Shown here in pieces: positions 1 to 11,381 of a stretch of DNA of 64,000 bases. Each line of letters starts with the position of its first letter. Position 1 is the stretch's first letter. The notes under the pieces were generated by a model. The model did no database searches and was not told the origin of the DNA. It worked only from the letters and a program-made list of their open reading frames with translations. The DNA is from Eledone cirrhosa (taxonomy: Eukaryota), in the NCBI GenBank assembly GCA_964016885.1, contig OZ024747.1, positions 26,474,001 to 26,538,000 of the forward strand. The letters run 5' to 3'. The translations under genes were made by a program, and so were the position numbers.

Positions 1-109
1 TTCATTACATTAATCTTTATTTATACGTTTCGCTTTACGAGTGTTTCGACTTACGAGTGTTTCGGCTTACGAGTGTTTCGGCTTATCATTATATATAAAC
101 GTTTCTATT

Positions 110-403
110 TCCATCGTTTTATCGTAAACGTTTATATATTTCCATCGTTATATCATAACGTTTATGTATCATAACGTTTATATTTCCGTCACTAATCTCT
201 TTTTCTCCTTTTTCGTTTCAACATATATTTATTTCAAAGATTTCACCGTATAGATAACATATATATTTATACATGCATAAAAGACACACCGAGAGACGGT
301 GAACATGTTGTGCCGAAAACATTTCTCATCCAAATCTCAACAATATCAGTATATACACTAGATTTGCTAGCAGAAAACCGCCCACCGGGTGGTTTTCTGC
401 TAG
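110..403 (+). mobile_element. 3' part of a non-autonomous Helitron-like element ending in a hairpin + CTAG
   Basis: Near-identical to 29335-29601. Ends in ctagcagaaaaccgcccaccgggtggttttctgctag, also present at 21072-21108 and 29565-29601. Confidence 0.7.
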
Positions 404-459
404 ACTATATATGATATAATAGAGAAATGTTTCTTGCTTGGTTGGTTAGTTTAATCACA

Positions 460-544
<85 letters not shown>

Positions 545-699
545 GTACATAGATACACACACATCTAAGGAGAAAGGCAGAGAGAGTGAGATAGGCCGTT
601 ATGCAGAGAGAGGTACACTTAAAGTTTTAGATATTGAGATAAAGAAAGAGGGAAAGGGAAAAGTCACATGTGCCAGAGAAACAGAGGCATACTTACTGC

Positions 700-985
700 T
701 ATTGACGAGTCGTCTCCCCTGATTATCGACCAGCAGTGACTGAGCCCGAAGGATGTCTGCTCCAATGATAGGTTGATGGACATCAGCAACGGTGAATGTC
801 CATGTATATTACTGTGAGCCTCTGTGGAGGGAGAGAGTACGGTATCTGTAAGCTTTGATTGTAGAATCATTGGTAGCTGCCACTCACTCCCCTCTCTATA
901 ACGGAGGTCGTTTGCAGATGCCGGGATGACACTGACTTCTACTTGTGTTCGATTAAGAATCTGACTGGAGATCTGAACATAGACA
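700..985 (-). pseudogene. Degenerate Ty3/Gypsy retropepsin (aspartic protease) fragment
   Basis: Manual minus-strand translation across frameshifts: RFLIE../VEVSVIP..AATNDSTIKAY..YTWTFTVADVHQPIIGADIL..LLVDNQGRRLVN. This matches the Gypsy protease pattern FLIDTGAEVSVIP...FxVADVxxPILGADFL. It contains a stop and frameshifts. Confidence 0.75.
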
Positions 986-1084
986 TACAGGACAGTTGAT
1001 CATGTTTGCCGACCACTAGGGTGTTTATTGGTGGTTGGTCCTAGAGTTTCTCCCGGAGTCGATGATGAAGAGCTATTGAAGTTA

Positions 1085-1730
1085 CTTTTATTTGGGGGGA
1101 ATCCGTTTTGGGGGGAGTCCGTTTTTATTTGGGGGTCCGTTTTTTATATGGGGGTCCGTTTTTATTTGGGGGGAACCATTTTTTTATTTGGGGAGGTCTG
1201 TTTTTTATTTGGGGGCGGATCCGTTTTTTATTTGGTGGGGGAGTCCGTTTTTTATTTGGGGGCTTCGTTTTTTATTTGGGGGTCCGTTTTTTATATGGGG
1301 GGGTCCGTTTTTTATTTGGGGGTCCGTTTTTTATTTGGGGTCCGTTTTTTATTTGGGGGAGTCCGTTTTTTATTTGGGGGTCCGTTTTTTATTTGGTGGG
1401 GGGTCCGTTTTTATTTGAGGGCTCCGTTTTTTATTGGGGGGATCCGTTTTTTATTTGGGGTGGTCCGTTTTTATGGGGGGGGGGCGTTTTTTATTTGTGG
1501 GCTCCGTTTTTTATTGGGGGGATCCGTTTTTTATTTGGGGTGGTCTGTTTTTATTGGGAGGGGATCCGTTTTTTATTTGGGGGGAATCCGTTTTTTATTG
1601 GGGGGATCCGTTTTTTATCTGGGGGAGGGTCCGTTTTTTATTTGGGGGGAATCCATTTTTTATTTGGTGGGGGTCCGTTTTTTATTTGAGGGTCCTTTTT
1701 TTATTTTGGGCGGTCGGTTTTTTTTATTTC
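1085..1730. repeat. ~20-bp G-rich minisatellite (ttttttatttgggggg[a]tccg)n, ~30 units
   Basis: Tandem units are directly visible; the overlapping G/F-rich ORFs are artefacts. Confidence 0.95.
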
Positions 1731-2029
1731 GGAGGACTAAAAGAGAGGAAGAGTTACAATAAATCAAAGTAGGTTTGTCGTTTTACACCAGTCATTGAAA
1801 TTTAGGTGATACTAACTACACAGAAAAAATTGATACTATTTGAAATTAATCTACGGTCTATATTAGCTTTTTGAGGATAGTGTCATATTATTATTGACCA
1901 AATTCAGAAGACACAGTGTCAACCTGTTCTGTCAGGCTGCGATTTGCATTTCTATTTTATATATATATATATATATTGCTTTGTATTGTTTGTTTTTTTT
2001 TCACGCTATTTTTCAAGAAAATTAATTTC

Positions 2030-2602
2030 ATCATGTCACAAAAACACTTCTCATCTTTCGGTGTAGCTACAATGTCTGCCAAACAGTTGAAATCTTCAAG
2101 GTAAAGAGAAACTCAGAGACAGGAAACAGAAAGATTAAGGCAAGAAGAAAGACAATCGCAACAAACGGAGGTTGAATATGAAAATCACCGAGAGGCAATG
2201 AGAGTTGTGATGCAAACACGACGAGCACAAAGGACTCTTCAAGGCAAAATAAACTGGCTAAGAGCTACGTTTTTATATGATCCATCAAGAAATTATAGAA
2301 ATGATCCGAAAGTGGCGATTAGTAGCATGGATATTATATGCAGTAGTTGTGGAGCGAGAAAACTTGGCATGTGTTGCTTAGGAGGAAATGTCATATTTCC
2401 ACTGATAGAAGGCCCTCCACTTCTTATTCGTATACTACTTACAGTCCGTACAAACGAAGCTAAACACTTCAGGAGCAATGTTATGCGGTATATTGCTGGG
2501 TTCAGATGACGTCCTTTAGAGCTGAAAAAGATCATACTGACTATCGTTATTTCACAACATTTAAATTCCAAGGACAAGGCAACCATTTAATCGGCAGTTT
2601 GG
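2030..2602 (+). pseudogene. Helitron Rep/helicase N-terminal fragment (Zn-finger region), frameshifted
   Basis: ORF 2198-2509 reads MDIICSSCGARKLGMCCLGGNVIFP..HFRSNVMRY. After a frameshift it continues QMTSFRAE..TTFKFQGQGNHLIGSL, matching Helitron CxxC..CC and FQMTSFG..TFKVQGQVYHRIGSL motifs. Confidence 0.85.
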
Positions 2603-2946
2603 GTAGTGTCTTAGATAATTGTCACTTACCATATCCTAGGACCGACCCAAGCTTTGTGAATGAAATTGGGTAGACGAAAACTGTTTGGGAGCCCGTCGGA
2701 TGAAATGTACATGGACCGGCCTTGTCACACACTATGTCATTCTTAATCTCCTTGCGAATTATCTTAAAGATACATGTACCTGTGAAATGCACAGCGACTT
2801 AGCCTGTTCCTGAAATTATCGTGTGTTTCGTTGATCGAACAACAGGAGAATTCGTCATTGAACCCGACGGAGGTCCATCCCGTTCCATTTCCATTTCTCT
2901 TACGCTCTCTCTCTGTGACTAAATATTGGAACAATGTAATTATTCA

Positions 2947-3008
<62 letters not shown>

Positions 3009-3181
3009 TAATAAAAATAATGAATAAAAACAAAGAAACAGTTCCTTATATTAAAAAATTCATCATTTTACGATCGTTTCTAGGATATATATGTGTGTGT
3101 TGGTATGTATATCATATAGATCTATGTAAAATTTTTACTTCATACGGATTGGACATTACCATACATTTTGGTAGATTTATC

Positions 3182-3246
<65 letters not shown>

Positions 3247-3482
3247 TTATACACACACACAATCGCTCGCGAAATAATGTTAAGACATGTTAAGTTTACA
3301 TAATTGTATTTTTAGCATTATACGTATTTCAATGATATGGTAGGTAGTAATTATATCATTAACTACCACCAATGTAATATTATCAGATGGTAACAAAATT
3401 ATGTGGAGTGGTTATGTTGGTAAGTTGATAATCTGCTTGTAAAATAGTATCATCCTGATCTAAAGCGAGCAATTCTAAGCTT

Positions 3483-3541
<59 letters not shown>

Positions 3542-3545
<4 letters not shown>

Positions 3546-4126
3546 CCCACTCTTAGTACGGCTGTTACTTAAATATAAGTATGTACACGTACATATATAT
3601 ATGTATACAGACGTACAGTAGTATGTATACATATATATACATACATGCACACATATATATATGTACGTATGGATTCACCGAACATTTATTATAATGCTCA
3701 GTATGTTTGTAAACAAACATCCCGTATTAAGCCGTAGTGTCTAGCAACCATCGTTGCTCGTTTGTTCAACACTGACAAAAGAACGATGTACTAGTTTCAA
3801 GCTTATTAGCTATCGTCAGCAACGTATACCTTCCTGCCAGATTGTTGAACGTATATTCCTTTGTCAGTGTTGAACAAACGAGCATCGATGGTTGCTAGAC
3901 ACTACGGCTTAATACGGGATGTTTGTTTACAAACACACCGAGCATTATAATAAATGTTCGGTGAATCCATACGTACATATATATATATGTGTGCATGTAT
4001 GTATATATGTATACATACTACTGTACGTCTGTATAGATATGTGCATACTACTGTGCGTCTGTATACATATATATATGTACGTGTACATACTTATATTTAA
4101 GTAACACCGTACTAAGAGTGGGAAAT
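3542..4126. mobile_element. Foldback/MITE-like element with ~240-bp inverted arms and ~70-bp spacer
   Basis: 3542-3783 is the reverse complement of ~3856-4126 (tttcccactcttagtacgg...ccgtactaagagtgggaaa). The left end abuts (TA)n. Confidence 0.85.
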
Positions 4127-4148
4127 CAAATTTCGTTTCCTTTTTTCC

Positions 4149-4212
<64 letters not shown>

Positions 4213-4759
4213 TTGCGAGGTTTTTTATATGAAATCGTGTGTCGAAACAAATATTGTTATACTTGGGGAGGGTCATATTTGTGTAATATTGCCAGAATTA
4301 ATAACAGAACACACTCACTGTTTGGTTGGTTTTCGCTTCTCGCTGTCTTTTATATCGGTAATCTAACTTACTCGGTCCTCAATGTTGCCATTGACTGACC
4401 GACGGTCAAAAATAATACAGATACAATATAGACACAAACACATATATATAGTTTATCATAAATCTTTCGTTGCACATCTGCAACATCGTCAGTGGTGTTA
4501 TCGTTTCCTCCTGTTGTATTATATGTCTACGCCATTTTTATTCAGTCTGTCTATATATTTATTTATTTATTTGCTTGTTTGTTTATTTTATTTTGTCTTC
4601 TTTGCGCATGCGTTTGCGTGTGTGTATAGTGTTTTGTTTGCTGTGTGATGGGTGACTAGTGTGTGTTTATGTGCTTGTTGTTATTGTGTTTGTGTATGTA
4701 TTTATTTATTTATTTATTTATTTATTTTATTTTATTTACTTATTTATACTTCTCTTAGG

Positions 4760-6904
4760 TCAGTGTTGTTTGTTTTGGGTGTTGTTGTTATTCCATTCAT
4801 TCTTTCTGTTTAGTCTTGGCCTTCTAATTTCTATTTCACTGGCCTCTCTGATTTGCCTATCTGCTGGGTCATTTCTATGTTTAGATATTATTCTAATTTC
4901 TATGTTACCGTCATGTTGTTGTCTAGCATGTTCGTATAGTACTGACCCGTTTTTTCGTCCTTTTAGTTCCCCCTTGTGTTGGTCTATCCTTTCACCTATG
5001 CTACGAGCTGTCTCACCTATGTATGTTGTTGTTATGTTTCTGCAAGTACCCTCTGTACATCTTATGCTATAGACTACGTTTCTAGTTTTACAGTTTATCC
5101 GGGGGTTTACCTTACATATGATACACTTCCTATTGGTACAGTGGGTTTTCTTAAAAGAGTAGGTTTTGCTGATCAGGGATTTTATGGTGGTTCCTGGCTT
5201 TTCTACCACCTTAATTTTTAAGTGGGTCTTTCTCAGGGCCTTTCTACACTGGTTAGCTAATTTCCCTCCGGGAGTAGCGTCCACAAACATGACACTCTGG
5301 TATCTCTGGTTGTCGTACCATGAGGTGGCTTTCCCTATCTTATGTCTAGCCCTATCTAAGCTATTCCATGATTTGCTCCTGTATAATGGGAAAATTCCTT
5401 TCATGTCCAGTTCTATGATGGTCTTATACTTCTCCATGGCTCCTTCGTATACTCTAACTCTGTCTTTTTGGTTGTAGCCAGAGAACTGCATGCGGTTGAT
5501 GAAGTGTTGGATGTGTCTTTCCATTTCTGTTGGGTCGCACATGCGGGACACATTCTTCATCACTCGTACCAAATCTGCGATCAGAATATTAAACTTAGCA
5601 CTACTGGACATTGCTGAGTTTTTGAGTATCAGGTATTTGGAGGCCATGGGTTTAGCATAGTGTGAGTGGAGAATTTGGGCTCTCTCGTCTATAGTGTTAA
5701 TCCAGAGTTCTGTGTCTAATACAGGTAGTCTATTGTTAGGGTGTTTGGAAGGGAAGTCGATAGTTACAGTTATACTCTGGTGTATGGAATTAGCTATTTG
5801 CTGGATGCTTTCCATCGTGCTACGTTCTAAATAAAACTTGTTAGTGCTTTCTAGTGGGGATGTTCTTATAACTATATTGATATCGTCTACATAACGAGAG
5901 TACATGATGAGGTCTATGGAGCTCTCATTAAGGAGATCTTTAAGTCTCCTTTCCCACCATACCATGAAAAGGTTGGCAACATCACCAGCTATGCTGACGC
6001 CAATGGCTGCTCCCTCATTTTGGGTGTAGATCTTCTCGTTGAACTTAAATATGTGGCCCTTTAGGGTAGTTTTGATACTAGCCCCTATTGCATGTGCGAC
6101 CATTTTTCTTACCTGATCATTGTTTTGGGGGGTCTGTATAGCTTTGGTCCACCCAATCCACCTTCCCATGGGAGTCTTTTTTGCCATTGAGGTTATGGTG
6201 GGGGGTCTACCTCTTATAGGTCTACTGGGGCAGAAACGTCTAAGGTCATGGCTGTCTAGGTAGTCAGTGTCGTAGGTAAGTCTAAGTAGGAGGCCCAGTT
6301 CGTCTGTGTCGACGTCGCAGAACTCCACCTCACTCTCAATGATCATCTCCACACATCTTTTCACAGCAAAATCAATGTTAATGGATGGGTACAGTGACAC
6401 CACATCCATGCTACCTATTATGCAGTTGGATAGGTTCCTGTTTTTGTTGCACTCACTGATTCTGCTGAGGAGGTCCTCTGTACTGTCACATACATCTGGG
6501 GACATCTTGATTGTGGGGCGTATAACCATTGAGAGGAAGTAGGAGATCCTGTAGTTACTAGCTATATTAGCTCCGCATACGGGTCTTGTTGGTGGTCCTG
6601 TTGTCGGGTCGTCGACTGTCTTGTGCTCTTTGCGGAGCCCATACAAGGGTGGTATGCCATTGTTAGACGCCTGGAAGTTGTTGGTAGTGCGTCTGCTTGG
6701 CTTTAGGATGTCAGTCCACATCATCATGTGAGCGTTGAGGATTTTCTCTCTCCCATCGTGTGTTTGTTGTGCAATTTCGCTCGTGTTGGTGATGTGGGGT
6801 TGCATAGCCTTGATATAGTTCGGCCTGCTATCTATTGACATCCTACCAGACTTGGGTAGACATACTACCTCACCATCCCTTGTGCGCTGCTTGAGGCTAA
6901 CCAA
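4760..6904 (-). CDS. PLE1 reverse transcriptase + GIY-YIG endonuclease (main part of a disrupted ORF, possibly Naiad-like)
   Basis: Motifs RPV, SMDVVSLYPSI, YTQNEGAAIG, YSRYVDD, LPVLD, Cys linker CTNRKCIIC, and VVYSIRC..C..YIGET..RIDQH..EH...H..E..LN. Confidence 0.9.
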   Translation of the reverse strand: MVSLKQRTRDGEVVCLPKSGRMSIDSRPNYIKAMQPHITNTSEIAQQTHDGREKILNAHMMMWTDILKPSRRTTNNFQASNNGIPPLYGLRKEHKTVDDPTTGPPTRPVCGANIASNYRISYFLSMVIRPTIKMSPDVCDSTEDLLSRISECNKNRNLSNCIIGSMDVVSLYPSINIDFAVKRCVEMIIESEVEFCDVDTDELGLLLRLTYDTDYLDSHDLRRFCPSRPIRGRPPTITSMAKKTPMGRWIGWTKAIQTPQNNDQVRKMVAHAIGASIKTTLKGHIFKFNEKIYTQNEGAAIGVSIAGDVANLFMVWWERRLKDLLNESSIDLIMYSRYVDDINIVIRTSPLESTNKFYLERSTMESIQQIANSIHQSITVTIDFPSKHPNNRLPVLDTELWINTIDERAQILHSHYAKPMASKYLILKNSAMSSSAKFNILIADLVRVMKNVSRMCDPTEMERHIQHFINRMQFSGYNQKDRVRVYEGAMEKYKTIIELDMKGIFPLYRSKSWNSLDRARHKIGKATSWYDNQRYQSVMFVDATPGGKLANQCRKALRKTHLKIKVVEKPGTTIKSLISKTYSFKKTHCTNRKCIICKVNPRINCKTRNVVYSIRCTEGTCRNITTTYIGETARSIGERIDQHKGELKGRKNGSVLYEHARQQHDGNIEIRIISKHRNDPADRQIREASEIEIRRPRLNRKNEWNNNNTQNKQH

Positions 6905-6956
6905 GCCTTCTACAGGTTTCCTCCCAAGTTGTTGGGCCTCTGGTCTGCTCTGTCTC

Positions 6957-7844
6957 TTAGTATTTGTCTACTATTTGTCTAATCTTATTTCTAGCTATGG
7001 TGAACTGTGCCTCTGTCTTGTCATCTATTTGTTGTGGTATGCAAACTCTTTTATTAAAGGGTAACCTCGTAGGATAGATATTACCCATCTTATATGTTTT
7101 GTCAGCTGGGTTGAAAAATGGTTTCTCTAAGGGGTTGTCATTATATCTATCGTCATAGTTGTGTGTGTTGCTATTATTGTTATCATGGTGGTTGTTGTTG
7201 TTTCTATCATTAGCATTATTATTATTGTTATGATTGCTAGATGTATTGTTGTTTACTTCACCGTTATTGTTGTTGTTACTGTTATTTCTACCATTGTGGT
7301 TGTTACTTTTATTATGTTTCTTGTTTTTGTTGTGTCTATCATTGATGTTGCCACATGTATTATTTCCATTATTACCACTGTGGTTGTTGTTGTTCGTATT
7401 GTTACCGTTATTACTACTGTGGTCGCTGCTGCTGTGTCTGTGGTTAATGTTTCTATTATTATTATTATTATTGTGGTTGTTGTTGTTCTGTCTATCGTTA
7501 GTATTATTACCATTATTACTATTTCTCACTTTCCTACTATTGTTATTGTCATGGCTGTTATTTCTATACTCAGAGTTATTGTTTATATTACTACTACCGT
7601 TATTATTGTTGTTGTTGTTGTTGTTTACCTTTGCATTCCAACGTATTTTTGTGAAACACTTTTCCAGCTCCGTTTTGCACTCCATAGGATTAATCTTTTT
7701 GTAGATGGCAAATTTTGGTGGTAGCTGCAGGATTTGTTGTTCTTGTTCACTGATTAAAGTGTTCCCATAAATATTTACTGTGTGGTCATTGGTAAATTCT
7801 TCCGGTAGTTTTACATCAGTCATACAGATATTGTTGATGTTATC
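6957..7844 (-). pseudogene. N-terminal part of the PLE1 ORF with an in-frame Asn-rich tract, out of frame with the RT part
   Basis: LQLPPKFA..ELEKCFTKIRW resembles PLE N-termini. A stop at 6957-6959 and a frameshift separate it from 4760-6904. The ORF-track start at 7880 lies in the inverted arm. Confidence 0.7.
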
Positions 7845-8307
7845 AAAGCCAGGAACCACCATAAAATCCCTGATCAGCAAAACCTACTCTTTTAAGAAAA
7901 CCCACTGTACCAATAGGAAGTGTATCATATGTAAGGTAAACCCCCGGATAAACTGTAAAACTAGAAACGTAGTCTATAGCATAAGATGTACAGAGGGTAC
8001 TTGCAGAAACATGACAACATACATAGGTGAGACAGCTCGTAGCATAGGTGAAAGGATAGACCAACACTGGGGGGAACTAAAAGGACGAAAAAACGGGTCA
8101 GTACTATACGAACATGCTAGACAACAACATGACGGTAACATAGACAACATAGAAATTAGAATAATATCTAAACATAGAAATGACCCAGCAGATAGGCAAA
8201 TCAGAGAGGCCAGTGAAATAGAAATTAGAAGGCCAAGACTAAACAGAAAGAATGAATGGAATAACAACAACACCCAAACAAACAACACTGACCTAAGAGA
8301 AGTATAA
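7845..8307 (+). pseudogene. Inverted duplicate of the PLE1 GIY-YIG domain
   Basis: KPGTTIKSLISK...YIGETARSIGERIDQH is near-identical to the C-terminus of 4760-6904. Confidence 0.9.
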
Positions 8308-8565
8308 ATAAGTAAATAAAATAAAATAAATAAATAAATAAATACATACACAAACACAATAACAACAAGCACATAAACACACACTAGTCACCCATCACAC
8401 AGCAAACAAAACACTATACACACGCGCAAACACATGCGCAAAGAAGACAAAATAAAATAAACAAACAAGCAAATAAATAAATAAATATATAGACAGACTG
8501 AATAAAAATGGCGTAGACATATAATACAACAGCAGGAAACATATAATACAGCAGCAGGAAACGAT

Positions 8566-8635
8566 AACACCACTGACGATGTTGCAGATGTGCAACGAAA
8601 GATTTATGATAAACTATATATATGTGTTTGTGTCG
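8566..8635 (+). ncRNA. Hammerhead-like core in the PLE1 pseudo-LTR (mirror copy ~4432-4499, minus strand)
   Basis: CTGACGA-t-GTTGCA-gatg-TGCAAC-GAAA-G..tttatgataaa..CTA. The core and stem II are clear; stem I pairing is poor. Confidence 0.4.
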
Positions 8636-8805
8636 ATATTGTATCTGTATTATTTTTGACCGTCGGTCAGTCAATGGCAACATTGAGGACCGAGTAAGTT
8701 AGATTACCGATATAAAAGACAGCGAGAAGCGAAAACCAACCAAACAGTGAGTGTGTTCTGTTATTAATTCTGGCAATATTACACAAATATGACCCTCCCC
8801 AAGTA

Positions 8806-8899
<94 letters not shown>

Positions 8900-8972
8900 A
8901 TACAATTATTATGTATATATATACAATTATTATATATATATTATATATATAATATATATATAATTTATAATA

Positions 8973-9026
<54 letters not shown>

Positions 9027-9030
<4 letters not shown>

Positions 9031-9206
9031 CGAGGGAAAAGTGGTAAGGAACCAGGTGGACCATAACGCACCAAAGTACTCAATACTTAGGGTAGTAGAG
9101 TGGGTAATAGGAGTAAGTAAGACCCCGACGGCTGAGCTCAAGCCGTTTCGACGGCTAATTCTGTACAGAATTAGCCGTCGAAACGGCTTGAGCTCAGCCG
9201 TCGGGG

Positions 9207-9208
<2 letters not shown>
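9027..9208 (-). mobile_element. Small palindromic element, copy A (88-bp perfect palindrome 9121-9208 + ~90-bp tail)
   Basis: Perfect palindrome centred on ctgt|acag. Homologous to 14528-14678 and 54133-54335. Flanked by (TA)n. Confidence 0.85.
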
Positions 9209-9244
<36 letters not shown>

Positions 9245-9269
9245 ATTGTATATATATACATAATAATTG

Positions 9270-9308
<39 letters not shown>

Positions 9309-9389
9309 ACAATTATTATGTATATATATATATATACAATTATTATATATATATATATCATATATATAATATATATATAATTTATAATA

Positions 9390-9427
<38 letters not shown>

Positions 9428-9551
9428 ATACTTTGGGAGGGTCATGTTGCCAATAAGAAACACACGCACCAGTTGCTTTCACTTCAATTTATTATAATAA
9501 TAATCATTAATATATATATATTATATACAATTATTATATATATATATATAG

Positions 9552-9647
9552 GTTGACTTTGCCTTTCATCCTTACGGGGTCGATAAAATAAAGTACCAGT
9601 AATGCACTGGGTAATTGCTGGCCTTGTGCCAAAAGTAGAAACAATTA
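9552..9647 (+). mobile_element. SINE 3' fragment (gcctttcatcct..ggggtcgataaaataaagtaccag family)
   Basis: Shared with 18624-18750, 22660-22851 and 47368-47440. Confidence 0.8.
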
Positions 9648-9833
9648 TATATATATATATATATTTACAATTATTATATATATATATAAATATATAGTAA
9701 TAATAATAAATTTAAAGACTAAAATCCAAAGAGGGCTAGATAAGGATAAATATATACCAGATATATAAGAACCGTAGAGCAAATATTTATTAAAATTACA
9801 GATTAAAGTTTTTGCTTAAACTTTAATCTGTTA

Positions 9834-9894
<61 letters not shown>

Positions 9895-10007
9895 TGTTTT
9901 ATGATATATAGCTCTGATTATTTAATTTATTAATTCTCCATTGAGCCACAAAGTGACCCGTTGCAAAACAGATATATACTTATGACTTTATATATATATA
10001 TGTAAAC

Positions 10008-10090
<83 letters not shown>

Positions 10091-11320
10091 ATATATATAT
10101 ATATATTCATACACTCACATATACACACAGATACACATGCCCACGTACACACACATACATAATTAAAACTCCCTGGAGCGAAGTGTGTGAGATATGCATT
10201 GACATACATATGGAAGATCCTGGAATATGACACCTGAAACTACCCCTTAACATGAGGTCACTGCATAATACCAAAATCCCATCCTCGATCTCTAGAGTAA
10301 AGACCTATACTGCAATAGTTTAAGATTCAACGGTCCCCATCTGTTTCCATTTGGGCTTTCCATTGCTGATACTATCTTTCTGTCGGTCATAATTCCTGGC
10401 AGTCTTGCAATGGATTGGCGCCCGTCCTAGGTGTGATAAGTGTTGTAGTCCATAAAACCAAGATAAGCATCTTAAACATAAAATTCTTCTGTTCCTTTTT
10501 CCATTTTTCTTTATATTTCTAGTGTATTGTCTTTAGATGAATTTTCTAATCGTTATTTCCTCTTACAGCAGAGTACATGTTTGTTTCGGTTGCTGAATAC
10601 GATCAGGAGTCACTGCTTCTCCTGGGGGTCAATAGTTCTCTTCTAACTCGAGCGGGAGCTCCTTTCCATTGTCAATTTGCACTAATCATCTGCAAAGCCA
10701 CAGTGTTCTCAGAACCACTACACCAGTCTTTCGGGGCGTGCAGCTGGAATTACTGCCACCCATTGATTTGGCAGGATTTTTTTTTTTTTTTTTTTTAGAT
10801 GGTCGTCAACTCTTATGAGTTCTTCCACCCTTTGTCAGGTTTTGTTTCTTGTGCTGCAGGGTGTCCAAGATCACCCTCATCACCAAGTAAACTTGCCGGT
10901 TTAGTCGCCGTCGATCCGACCATGCGACTGGTTGTATTGGGTTACATGCTACCAGTAGCACGCAAGAGTGACCTGACAAAAGGTCATGAATATAGATCAT
11001 TTGGTACTTGAGAATATTCATATTGGCTTTTTAAGGCCAATTACTTCCCTCGAGAAGATAAGCTAGCTGGGGAAGGTGTAGCGTCATCGCTTTTGTAGTG
11101 ATATGAGGCAAGATTTGAATTGATAACGCTCAGAGCTGTAACAGATAGCGCGAAGCAATTCCGTGAAGCAATTCTGCGAATCCACTGACCATGGACTATT
11201 ACTGGTACTTTATTTATTGATTCCCGAAAGGATAAAACACAAAGTTGATCTCATCCTTACAAATTTCGTCACAATTTGCGTTATTTGTCTAATTTTTTCT
11301 TTAATTCTTCTTTTGATATA

Positions 11321-11321
<1 letters not shown>

Positions 11322-11381
<60 letters not shown>

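Larger units (their letters stand above)
4256..8809 (-). mobile_element. Penelope-like retroelement 1 with ~950-bp inverted pseudo-LTR arms, in (TA)n
   Basis: RT + GIY-YIG ORF on the minus strand. 4256-5201 is the reverse complement of 7845-8809. (TA)n lies on both sides. Confidence 0.92.

Noticed and set aside
1028-1772. Overlapping G/F-rich ORFs
   Set aside because: They are translations of the 20-bp minisatellite.
9121-9208. Protelomerase site or parvoviral ITR
   Set aside because: No telomere resolvase or viral Rep gene is present, and the hammerhead-half explanation fits the internal motifs better.
10790-11110. Possible HDV-like ribozyme or LINE 5' UTR on the minus strand (gtcactcttgcgtg..ctaaacc)
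   Set aside because: P1 and P4 could not be paired convincingly, and I recognised no linked ORF.
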